Below are positions 47,544-55,635 of a stretch of DNA of 64,000 bases, piece by piece (position 1 is the stretch's first letter; every line of letters starts with the position of its first letter). The translations under genes and the position numbers were made by a program. Origin of the DNA: an uncultured delta proteobacterium (GTDB taxonomy: Bacteria > Desulfobacterota > Binatia > Binatales > Binataceae); contig CAWAKE010000011.1 of the NCBI GenBank assembly GCA_963782535.1, positions 5,520-69,519 of the forward strand. Reading direction: 5' to 3'. The notes under the pieces were generated by a model. It worked only from the letters and a program-made list of their open reading frames with translations, was not told the DNA's origin and made no database searches.

Positions 47544-47752
47544 GGCGCGAGGCGGCTGAATCGGGGCCGACGAACCGGCTGAGAAGCGGCCGAGAACCTT
47601 TCGGGAACTGGCCTGGCTCGGCGAGAGCCAGGCCGGGACGGCGAAGAAAATGACCGCCCCGGCGCGGGCGGTCATAGAAGGTCGTCGTCGGTCATTCGGT
47701 CGACGGTAGCGAGAACGTCGGCGGCAAGGATCGAAGAGGAGCGCAACAGCGC

Positions 47753-48103
47753 ATGAAGCGGGCGCGTTTTATCTGGAAATCGAGTTGAAGCACCTGTCGC
47801 AGCGCCAGGAGTTTCCTGCGTGACGAACTTGGGGTGGAACTTGACGAGCGCGACTATGCCAGGCAACGGCTGACGCTTGACGAATTGCGCGAGCTGTTCG
47901 CCGGCGCCGACCCGCGCGCCTATATGAACCCGAAGAGCCCGGCATTCAAGGCGATGGGGCTGCGCGGGAAAACGTTGACGGCCGAGGAGGCGCTAAGGCT
48001 GATGGCCGAGGAGCCGAATCTGCTCAAGCGGCCGCTGGTGATAGCGGGGCGCGTGTTAGTGGCGGGTTTCGACCGCGATCGGCTGCACGAAGTCCTGAAA
48101 TAG
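47753..48103 (+). CDS. ArsC/Spx/YffB-family thiol oxidoreductase with in-frame TGA (47786-47788) at the first Cys position of CxxC; candidate selenoprotein (or nonsense allele)
   Basis: The same frame as ORF 47834..48103 reads MKRARFIWKSS-TGA-STCRSARSFLRDELGVELDERDY..KSPAFKAMGL..NLLKRPLVI... Total length is 116 codons, as in the family. GAGGAG lies upstream of ATG 47753. A stem-loop at 47802-47821 starts about 14 nt after the TGA. Confidence 0.6.
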
Positions 48104-48237
48104 GTCCCGAAATAAGCTGCACGGGGAGCCGCGGCCGGTGCGAGGGCGGCGGTCTCTGAAACAAAGCACGATGGCCCGGACCGAATTGCAGCCGGTTCCG
48201 GCGTTGGCGCTTGGGGAAAAGGCCGGTGTGCGTCGGG

Positions 48238-49212
48238 TCAGGCGGATTTTTCGACTTTTTCGACGCGTTCCGGAGCTTCGGCGCGATCGGCTTTGTCGTG
48301 ATTGCGCGCCGGCGGGTTGCCCGGAGCCTTCGCTTTGGCGGTCGTCAGAATGTCAATAAATTTGGTCACGGCAGGCGACAGCTCACGGCCGCGCTTGTAG
48401 ATAATCGCGAGCGGTCGGGTAAACGGACCCTCGTTGAATTCGAGCACCCTGAGCGAGTTGCGCGCGGTTTCAAGCTCGACTGCCGAGCGCGGGACGATCG
48501 CGATACCCTGGCCAATTTCGACCGCGCGCTTGATGGTTTCGATATTGTCGAACTCCATCGTGTACACCGGTTTGACGCCGTGTTCGCGCAGGATGCGATC
48601 GGAGGCCTTGCGCGTGGCGATGTCGCGTTCAAAGCCGACGAAGTGCTGTCCGGCAAGCTGCGCCACGCCGACGCGGGTGAGCTTGGCGAGGGCGTCGTCG
48701 GGCGGCACGACCAGGACCAACTCGTCGTGGCGAAAGGCGATCGTCACAATCTGGCTGCGTTTGGCTGGATAGGCCACGACCCCGAGGTCGATCTTGCCCT
48801 CGACCAGGTCGTCGTAAATTTTATTGGAGCGCAGATATTCGAGATGGACGTTGACCTGCGGAAAGGTGCGCAGGAATTCGGTCAGGTAGGGCGGTAATTC
48901 GTGCAGGCCGACGCTGTAAACGGTGCCGACCCGGATGGAGCCGGCGATGACCGAGCCGATTTCGCGCAGGCGGTTTTCGAGTTCGACGAAGCGGCGGACG
49001 ATTTCCTTGCTCGAATTGTAGAGAATCTGGCCGGCCGGAGTGGGTTTGACACCGGCTCGCGCACGCTCTAACAATCGGCATTCGTACTTGTCTTCCAGGC
49101 TTCGGACCTGCTGACTGACGGCCGACTGGGTTACGAAATTTTGCGATGCAGCATAAGAAACGCTGCCGCTTTCGATGATGTCGCAGAAGACCTTTAGCGT
49201 TTCGATGTGCAT
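48238..49212 (-). CDS. LysR-family transcriptional regulator, divergent from glutaryl-CoA dehydrogenase (GcdR-like by context)
   Basis: Start at ATG 49212 (MHIETLKVFCDIIESGSVSYAASQNFVTQSAVSQQVRSLE, the LysR wHTH). The upstream extension of ORF ..49431 was discarded. Confidence 0.85.
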   Translation of the reverse strand: MHIETLKVFCDIIESGSVSYAASQNFVTQSAVSQQVRSLEDKYECRLLERARAGVKPTPAGQILYNSSKEIVRRFVELENRLREIGSVIAGSIRVGTVYSVGLHELPPYLTEFLRTFPQVNVHLEYLRSNKIYDDLVEGKIDLGVVAYPAKRSQIVTIAFRHDELVLVVPPDDALAKLTRVGVAQLAGQHFVGFERDIATRKASDRILREHGVKPVYTMEFDNIETIKRAVEIGQGIAIVPRSAVELETARNSLRVLEFNEGPFTRPLAIIYKRGRELSPAVTKFIDILTTAKAKAPGNPPARNHDKADRAEAPERVEKVEKSA

Positions 49213-49436
49213 ATAACTACGCCGTTGTATAAGAGTATTTGATGGTCGCGGCAGACGCAACGGCCCCCCTTGCGGAAGTCGCCGGACGGCTGGGGAGCGA
49301 TCAAAAGCGAAAACCGGAGGCGCGCCGGCTAAATGCGCCAGATTGTTGCGGAAGGTCTTACTTGCGATACCTGGGCACCAGGCGCGGCAAGGCGAGTTTA
49401 TATATTTCTGGTTTGTGTAATCAGGGAGCATGAAAA

Positions 49437-50606
49437 ATGGCCGGAATATTAAAGGATTTGGACTTTTTTCAGCTCGACGAATTGTTGAGCCCTGAAGATA
49501 AGATGACGCGCGACTCGGTGCGCCAGTTCGTCGGGCGCGAGGTGATGCCGAACGTCGAGCGTCACTTTGCGGGCGAGAGTTTTCCGCTCGAATTGGTGCC
49601 GAAGGTGGCCGAACTGGGTATTTTCGGCGCGAATCTGCATGGTTACGGCTGCGCGGGGATGAACAACGTGGCCTACGGACTGATCATGCAGGAACTCGAA
49701 GCGGCCGACTCGGGCCTGCGCTCGTTCGCGTCGGTGCAGAGCGCGCTCTCGATGTACGCGATTTACGCGTGGGGCTCCGAGGAGCAGAAGCAGCGCTACC
49801 TGCCGGGGATGGCGCAGGGCAAGCTGATCGGGTGTTTCGGGCTGACCGAGCCCGACCACGGCTCGGACCCGGGCGGGATGGAGACGCGGGCGAAGCGCGA
49901 CGGCGGCGGATGGATTCTCAACGGCACCAAGCGCTGGATTACCAACGGATCGATCGCCGACGTGGCGGTAGTGTGGGCGAAGATCGACCAGGGGATCACC
50001 GGCTTTATCGTCGAGAAGGGGACGCCGGGCTTTACCGCGCGTGACATCCACGGCAAGTTTTCGATGCGCGCGTCGATCACCTCGGAGCTGAATTTTGACG
50101 ACGTGAAGCTCGACGCCAGTGCGCAGTTGCCGGATGCGCGGGGGCTCAAGGCGCCGCTCGCGTGTCTGACGCAGGCCCGCTATGGAATCGCGTGGGGCGC
50201 GCTCGGAGCCGCGCGCAGTTGCTACCATTGCGCGCTCGACTACGTGAAATCGCGCAAGCAATTTTCGCGTCCGCTGGCGGGCTATCAACTGGTGCAGAAC
50301 AAGCTGGTAAACATGCTGACCGAAATCACCAAGGGGCAGCTGGTGTGCCTGCGGCTCGGGCAGATGAAGGACGCGGGCACGATGCGGCCCGAGCAGGTTT
50401 CGTTCGCCAAGCGCAACAACGTGCAGGCGGCGCTGGATATCGCACGGTCGGCGCGCGACATGCTGGGCGCCAACGGCATCGTCAACGAGTACCCGGTGAT
50501 CCGCCACATGCTGAACCTCGAGACCGTCAACACCTACGAAGGCACCTACGACGTACATACGCTGATCCTCGGGCGGGATATCACGGGAGCGAGCGCATTC
50601 GATTGA
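49437..50606 (+). CDS. gcdH: glutaryl-CoA dehydrogenase
   Basis: Has ELEAADSGLRSFASVQSALSMYAI..GCFGLTEPDHGSDPGGMETRA..RWITNGSIADVAVVWAK, closely matching the GCDH signature as I recall it. 389 aa. Confidence 0.9.
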   Translation: MAGILKDLDFFQLDELLSPEDKMTRDSVRQFVGREVMPNVERHFAGESFPLELVPKVAELGIFGANLHGYGCAGMNNVAYGLIMQELEAADSGLRSFASVQSALSMYAIYAWGSEEQKQRYLPGMAQGKLIGCFGLTEPDHGSDPGGMETRAKRDGGGWILNGTKRWITNGSIADVAVVWAKIDQGITGFIVEKGTPGFTARDIHGKFSMRASITSELNFDDVKLDASAQLPDARGLKAPLACLTQARYGIAWGALGAARSCYHCALDYVKSRKQFSRPLAGYQLVQNKLVNMLTEITKGQLVCLRLGQMKDAGTMRPEQVSFAKRNNVQAALDIARSARDMLGANGIVNEYPVIRHMLNLETVNTYEGTYDVHTLILGRDITGASAFD

Positions 50607-50647
50607 GCGGCGGTCGCGCGAGGAGGAGGCCTGAGCCAGGAAGTTGT

Positions 50648-50717
50648 TGAGGAGCGAAGAACTTATAGTTTCAGGAAACTGAAACCTCCACGAGGTTTGA
50701 GACTTCCCGTTTGTCGG
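50648..50717 (-). repeat. dispersed hairpin repeat, copy F (reverse orientation)
   Basis: The reverse complement reads CCGACAAACGGGAAGTCTCAAACCTCGTGGAGGTTTCAGTTTCCTGAAACTATAAGTTCTTCGCTCCTCA. Confidence 0.75.
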
Positions 50718-50961
50718 ACATGTTCGACTGGTGCTGCTTGCGCGTAGGTTTCCGGAGTCGCCGGTTGGTCAACGTGGCCAAAGTCAGCCGGAAAATTTCG
50801 TAATAAATCCTCCAATTTACGGACGGCTCTTTGCGCAAATTTGTAGTTGTTTTGCCGCTCGGTCATGCAGGTTCTCCCTACGCGAACGCTGGTCAAATAG
50901 GAGGAACGCGAGCGGATAGCTTTTATTCGCCGGCCTAGGCGTTTGGGCGCGACGCCTGCTA

Positions 50962-52102
50962 GTGTTGTGTCCCATAAATAACCTATTTAATTTATTACTC
51001 TAAAGCGGTATGATGCTGCCCGATGGGCAGACCTAACACGGTAGTGGAGGTGAGTGCGTCGGAGAGTGAGCAGTTGGGTTCGATTGCTCGCTCGCGGAGT
51101 TTGCCGCATTCGTTGGTACGGCGCGCGCGAATCGTTTTGATGTCAGCTGAAGGTGTACCCAATCAGGCGATTGCGGCGCGCTGCGAGGTCAGCGTTCCGA
51201 CCATCAGCCACTGGCGGCGCTGTTGGCGCGAACGCGGGGTGGCTGGGCTGCACGGCGAACTGCGTCCCGGACGGCCGCGCAGCTATGGCGATGAGCAGGT
51301 GGCGACGCTGATGCGCAAGGTGCTCCGCAGCCGACCGCCCAACGCCACCCATTGGAGCGTGCGCACCGTCGCGGCGGACACCGGCATTTCCAAGAGCACG
51401 GTGGCGCGCTACTTCGCGCTGTTCGGGCTCCAGCCGCACCGCAGCAAGAGCTTCAAGCTTTCCACCGACCCTTTCTTCGTCGAGAAGGTGCGCGACGTGG
51501 TGGGGCTCTATCTCAACCCACCGGACAAGGCCCTGGTGCTGTGCGTGGATGAAAAGTCGCAGATCCAGGCGCTGGAGCGCACCCAACCGGTGCTGCCGCT
51601 GGGTCTCGGCTACCTTGAAGGGGTAACTCATGACTATTTTCGGCATGGGACCACGACCTTATTCGCGGCGCTCAACGTGCTCGACGGGGCGGTCATCACT
51701 CAGTGCAAACCGCGCCATCGGCACCAGGAGTTTCTGGCCTTTCTCAACCACCTCGATCACCATGTTCCGGCCGCGCTTGAGGCGCACCTGATCGCCGACA
51801 ACTACGCCACTCACAAACATCCGCGGGTCAAGGCCTGGCTCGCGCGCCATCCGCGCTTCCACCTCCATTACACCCCCACCTACGCGAGTTGGCTCAATCA
51901 GGTGGAGCGCTGGTTCGCGCTTATCACGCACCGCGCGATCCGCCGCGGCTCGTTCCGTTCGGTGCGTGACCTGGTCCAAACAATCGATCGCTTTGTGACT
52001 CACTACAATACTCACAAGCGACCCTTTGCCTGGACCGCTACCGCCGACTCAATCTTCGCCAAGCTCCAACGCCTTTGTAAAGTTATTTCTGGGACACAAC
52101 AC
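50962..52102 (+). mobile_element. complete IS630-family insertion sequence (1141 bp) in a CTAG target with TA duplication
   Basis: The terminal inverted repeats are GTGTTGTGTCCCATAAATAAC (50962-) and the reverse complement of ..52102, GTGTTGTGTCCCAGAAATAAC (20/21). Flanks are C-TA on the left (50959-50961) and TA-G on the right (52103-52105). Confidence 0.85.
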
Positions 52103-52105
52103 TAG
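51023..52105 (+). CDS. IS630-family DDE transposase
   Basis: 360 aa with N-terminal HTH regions (VPNQAIAARCEVSVPTISHWRR), DEKSQIQALERT and DNYATHKHPRVKAWL..YTPTYASWLNQVERWF (DDE region). The stop TAG uses the flanking TA. Confidence 0.9.
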   Translation: MGRPNTVVEVSASESEQLGSIARSRSLPHSLVRRARIVLMSAEGVPNQAIAARCEVSVPTISHWRRCWRERGVAGLHGELRPGRPRSYGDEQVATLMRKVLRSRPPNATHWSVRTVAADTGISKSTVARYFALFGLQPHRSKSFKLSTDPFFVEKVRDVVGLYLNPPDKALVLCVDEKSQIQALERTQPVLPLGLGYLEGVTHDYFRHGTTTLFAALNVLDGAVITQCKPRHRHQEFLAFLNHLDHHVPAALEAHLIADNYATHKHPRVKAWLARHPRFHLHYTPTYASWLNQVERWFALITHRAIRRGSFRSVRDLVQTIDRFVTHYNTHKRPFAWTATADSIFAKLQRLCKVISGTQH

Positions 52106-52148
52106 TTTCCGGACAATAAATCGACACTCGGGACAGGTGGCATCGCTA

Positions 52149-52961
52149 ATGGAACTCAAGGGCAAAAATGCGATTGTGACGGGCGGCGCGCGCGGGATTG
52201 GACGCGGAATCGCGCTGAAACTCGCCGACGCCGGTGCGAATGTCGCGCTGGTCGATTTGGGCAATCCGGCCGATCGGGCGCTGACCTATAATCTGGCAGC
52301 GCAGACCGAACTGCTGCGCACGGTCGAGGAGGTGAAGGTGCGCGGGGTCAAGGCGGTCGCGATTCTGGCCGACGTTACCAGCTTCGCCGATTGCCAGCGG
52401 ATGGCGTCGGATGCGGCGGCGGCTCTCGGCAGTATCGATATCCTGGTCAACAATGCCGGGATCATAGCGGTAGGCGCGGTCGAGGAATTCGGCGAGGAGC
52501 AATGGGATCGGGTGATGGCGGTGAATGCGAAGGGCCCGTTTTTGTGCGCGAAGGCCTGTATCCCGTACATGAAGCGAAATCGCGCAGGCGCGATCGTCAA
52601 TACCGCGTCGATCGCGGGCAAGACCGGCTTTGGCGGCGTGTCGGCGTACTGTGCGAGCAAGTTCGCGGTGGTTGCGTTTACGCAGGCGCTGGCCGAGGAA
52701 TTGGGACCGGCAAATATTCGGGTCAACGCGGTCTGCCCCGGAATTTTGCGCACGGCGATGTGGACCGACGTACTGAACAAGATTCCGGGATTTCTCGGGG
52801 CCGGCGAGGGCGACAATCTCTCGATTTTTGCGGCGACGCGCACCCATCTGGGACGCGAACAGACGCCCGACGATATCGGTGAAGCGGTGGTGTTTCTGGC
52901 GAAGGCGGACAATATCACGGGAGTGGCGCTCAACGTCGCCGGCGGCGCAGAAGTACATTAG
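52149..52961 (+). CDS. SDR family oxidoreductase
   Basis: Start at ATG 52149 (MELKGKNAIVTGGARGIGRGIA). Has NNAG and YCASKFA. The upstream part of ORF 52026.. lies inside IS630. Confidence 0.85.
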   Translation: MELKGKNAIVTGGARGIGRGIALKLADAGANVALVDLGNPADRALTYNLAAQTELLRTVEEVKVRGVKAVAILADVTSFADCQRMASDAAAALGSIDILVNNAGIIAVGAVEEFGEEQWDRVMAVNAKGPFLCAKACIPYMKRNRAGAIVNTASIAGKTGFGGVSAYCASKFAVVAFTQALAEELGPANIRVNAVCPGILRTAMWTDVLNKIPGFLGAGEGDNLSIFAATRTHLGREQTPDDIGEAVVFLAKADNITGVALNVAGGAEVH

Positions 52962-53070
52962 GAGCGGCGGTTTGCCGGCACGATGCCGGTTGCATTAGAG
53001 AGAAGGCGAAGGACGGCGCACCCAGCGAGCGATCGGCTGGGGCCCATAACCAGTCCGTGGAGAACGCGAA

Positions 53071-53469
53071 ATGATTAAGACCACCACCTTGAATCACGTT
53101 GCGGTCAGGGTCAGCGACGTCGATAAGGCCAAGGAGTTTTACGAGAACGTGATCGGGCTGCGCAAGATTCCGCGGCCGAAAATCAAAATCCCGGGGGAAT
53201 GGTACGGTATCGGCGACAACGCCCTGCATATAATTGGGGGCGAGCCGCGCAAAGAGGGAATCGATCCGACAGGACCGCACATGGCGATCGAGGTCGAGGA
53301 TTTCGACGCGACCAAGGCGCGGGTCGAGGAGTTGGGCCTGCAGTACCTCGACGGTGCGGCGATGGTCGCCAAGATGACGCCGGAAGCGCGTAAGATGGTC
53401 GGTCGGCAACTGTGGATTCGGGATCCCGACGGCAACGTGATCGAGTTGCGTCAGAGCGCCAAGGAATAG
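53071..53469 (+). CDS. VOC (glyoxalase/bleomycin-resistance/dioxygenase) family protein
   Basis: Has LNHVAVRVSDVDKAKEFYENVIGL..PHMAIEVEDFD..IRDPDGNVIEL, the typical paired beta-alpha-beta-beta-beta module. Confidence 0.85.
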   Translation: MIKTTTLNHVAVRVSDVDKAKEFYENVIGLRKIPRPKIKIPGEWYGIGDNALHIIGGEPRKEGIDPTGPHMAIEVEDFDATKARVEELGLQYLDGAAMVAKMTPEARKMVGRQLWIRDPDGNVIELRQSAKE

Positions 53470-53582
53470 GCCGCGAGGGCCGGTCGAGGGGCCGGCGATA
53501 ATCAGTCGGCGGGCGACAATTGGGGCGTCGTAGTTGACTCCACGGGTCGGTTACGGTTAGCTCATCTACCTCGCCTGGCGGT

Positions 53583-53658
53583 GGGGCTGTAGCTCAGCTG
53601 GGAGAGCGCCTGAATGGCATTCAGGAGGTCGACGGTTCGATCCCGTTCAGCTCCACCA
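53583..53658 (+). tRNA. tRNA-Ala (anticodon GGC), CCA encoded
   Basis: Hand-folded cloverleaf: acceptor GGGGCTG/CAGCTCC with G3:U70, D stem GCTC/GAGC, anticodon stem CCTGA/TCAGG with loop ATGGCAT, T arm GACGG-TTCGATC-CCGTT. 76 nt. Confidence 0.9.
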
Positions 53659-54103
53659 ATCATTCTTTACGTTATTCGAGTCTGGGAAGCTGCGGTGTTC
53701 ACCACGGCCCGATGTAGTGTGGATTAAACGCGCGCGGCGCTGAGGACACGGTGGTGCCGCTTGGTACGCAGCGATCGGACCGCCTCAAATCAGCGTACCT
53801 ACGTATGTATCCAGCCAGAATCCGCGTGGCGCCGTCGCCACATAAACTCGATTCAGTTTCCGTATAGCCGACAAGCCTCACTGAGACTTCGCAGGAGATG
53901 AGCAGCCGGGGGAGTCGCATTTCGCGGTGCGATCGACGGCGCGGGCGGGTCGGCTATCGAGCGACGATACCCCTATCAATCGCTAATGAATGCGAGTAAC
54001 ATCTCTAATGTAACGCTTGGATTGTTCCTTTCACCTGAACTTGGGAATAGGCCCAGGTTTTCTGTTCGTGAGCTTCCCGGCCATAAATTACGGAGGGCAA
54101 TAA

Positions 54104-54415
54104 ATGCCCAGCAAATTGTACGTAGGCAATCTGGCCTACTCGGTAACCAATGCAGACCTGGAGCAGCTATTTTCAGAGGCGGGCCAGGTGCAGAGTGCGG
54201 CAGTGATCATGGACAAGTTCTCGGGTCAGTCCAAAGGCTTCGGCTTTGTGGAGATGGCCAATGCGGACGAGGCGTCCAAGGCGATCGCGCAGTTCAACGA
54301 GAGCGAGCTCAAGGGCAGGAACATCAAGGTGAACGAGGCCAAACCTCGCGAATCGAGTTTCGGCGGGGGCGGTAATCGCAGCGGCGGCGGAGACCGCGGT
54401 CGCAACCGCTGGTAA
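54104..54415 (+). CDS. RRM (RNP-1/RNP-2) RNA-binding protein with Gly/Arg-rich tail
   Basis: Has RNP-2 KLYVGNL, RNP-1 KGFGFVEM and the C-terminal GGGGNRSGGGDRGRNRW. GGAGGG lies upstream of the ATG. Confidence 0.9.
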   Translation: MPSKLYVGNLAYSVTNADLEQLFSEAGQVQSAAVIMDKFSGQSKGFGFVEMANADEASKAIAQFNESELKGRNIKVNEAKPRESSFGGGGNRSGGGDRGRNRW

Positions 54416-54425
54416 TCAGCTGACA

Positions 54426-54455
54426 GAGGGGCGGGCCCAGGCCCGCCCCTCTTTT
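54426..54455 (+). terminator. rho-independent terminator of the RRM gene
   Basis: Perfect 11-bp GC-rich stem GAGGGGCGGGC / GCCCGCCCCTC with loop CCAG, followed by TTTT. Confidence 0.75.
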
Positions 54456-54515
54456 CATTTCTGCCGTCCTGATTCGCAATGCCGATGACGGCGCCCGGAT
54501 CTAGAGGGCCGGCAG

Positions 54516-54686
54516 ATGGACAGCAAGCGCCGCAAAGAACAGTCGCGTCAGCAGAAGCAGCAGGACAGGCCGCAGCGACGGGCCATGCGCGAAGGCGAAA
54601 GGCATATCAAGCCGGAGGCGACAAACGATAAGGATGCAGACCTGAAAAAGATGATTCCCGGAGCGCAGCCCGGCCGGATTCTCTGA
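54516..54686 (+). CDS. possible small (56 aa) highly charged protein, below the ORF-track length cut-off
   Basis: GAGGG lies 7 nt before ATG 54516. The product is MDSKRRKEQSRQQKQQDRPQRRAMREGERHIKPEATNDKDADLKKMIPGAQPGRIL. Third-position G+C is about 75% by hand count, higher than for the antisense 67-aa ORF. Confidence 0.3.
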   Translation: MDSKRRKEQSRQQKQQDRPQRRAMREGERHIKPEATNDKDADLKKMIPGAQPGRIL

Positions 54687-55076
54687 TCGTCCCCAAGCTG
54701 CCACGAGCGGCGCTACCTGCGCGCACTCTCCAAACGCAAAATCGATCGATTTATTGGGCAGTCACCTGAACTAACCGCGCATGGCCGGGACCGTCGCGAA
54801 GTCGGTGCTCGCGTCGGACGGCGATATCCCGAATCAAGCTGGCATGTCATATAATTGATGCGGGTGTCGGCTTCCATGATGCGGCGCGGTGTGTGCGGCG
54901 ACGTATCTCATGCTGCCGTTGCGCATCCGATGAGCGGCAGTTGTCGGCGCCGAGTAGAATTGTTACCGCGCAATGCGCTTGATCGGCTCGTCAAGTACTT
55001 GACGTTTGCAGTGTGTCCGGTGCAGATGGAGAAACGATTTTTTTGGGGGAATCGACCCTTAGAAACAGGAGTGGCT

Positions 55077-55559
55077 ATGTCATACCCGTATCGTTCGATC
55101 CTTTCACCGATTCAGTTCGACGATCCTTCACTTGTAGCGCTGGGCATGGCCAAGCAAATTGCGGTGAAGCATGGCGCGAAGCTGCATTTGTTGCACGTAG
55201 TGCCGATGCTGCAGGCGTTTGGCGAACCCGACGTCGAGGAAGGGAAACACACACCGGAAGAGGCGAAGGCGGTAGTGTCGCTGCGCGAGATTGTGGCGAA
55301 GCATCTGGAGGGTGTCGAGACCGTCATCCACACTTGCCTTGCCTCGCAGCGTGGACTGGCCCATGCGGTGGTCAAGATCGCCGGTGAGGTCGATGCCGAT
55401 CTGATTGTTTTGAAGACCCATGGGCGCAGCGGCCTGTCGCGCTTTATTCTGGGCAGCGTCGCCGAGGAAGTCCTGCGGACGGCGCCCTGTGCGGTGCTCA
55501 CGATGACCTCGGCGGCTCAGGAGAAGGCTGCGAAATTGCGGTTGCACACAGAGGCGTAA
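55077..55559 (+). CDS. universal stress protein (UspA family)
   Basis: AGGAG lies before ATG 55077. Has the C-terminal ATP-binding signature LIVLKTHGRSGLSRFILGSVAEEVLRTAPCAVL. Confidence 0.85.
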   Translation: MSYPYRSILSPIQFDDPSLVALGMAKQIAVKHGAKLHLLHVVPMLQAFGEPDVEEGKHTPEEAKAVVSLREIVAKHLEGVETVIHTCLASQRGLAHAVVKIAGEVDADLIVLKTHGRSGLSRFILGSVAEEVLRTAPCAVLTMTSAAQEKAAKLRLHTEA

Positions 55560-55635
55560 AGCTGACAGTGCTGCAAATCGGCCGCGTGCGATGGGGGACG
55601 GGGATCCAGCCGGTCGGCATAACCGGCGGATTGCG

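Noticed and set aside
46842-47675. 277-aa minus-strand ORF opposite the secreted repeat protein
   Set aside because: The translation is Arg/Ala/Gly-rich. The plus-strand ORF has a strong SD and a signal peptide.
47672-47866. 64-aa minus-strand ORF overlapping the 5' end of the ArsC-like gene and ending in the 47650-47675 hairpin
   Set aside because: Hand-counted third-position G+C is only about 61%, and very low in its middle third. It has no motif, and the opposite strand has family-level similarity. It is kept only as context for the hairpin observation.
49212-49231. TATAAC-N8-TGTATA (T-N11-A-like) next to the LysR regulator gene, considered as a LysR box
   Set aside because: It overlaps the regulator's own start codon rather than lying in the promoter-proximal part of the divergent region. 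The palindrome is weak.
50663-50896. 77-aa minus-strand ORF between gcdH and IS630. An internal ATG at 50866 has a GGGAGA SD.
   Set aside because: Its C-terminal third is simply the translation of repeat copy F. G+C is low for coding DNA here and no motif is present. It is possibly a real micro-ORF, but it is unsupported.
53699-53920. 73-aa minus-strand ORF next to tRNA-Ala
   Set aside because: It has no SD, odd composition and lies in a low-GC spacer. Most likely non-coding.
54501-54704. 67-aa minus-strand ORF (MAAWGRSENPAG..)
   Set aside because: The composition is Leu/Arg-rich and shadow-like. The plus-strand 56-aa ORF with an SD is the better, though still weak, candidate.
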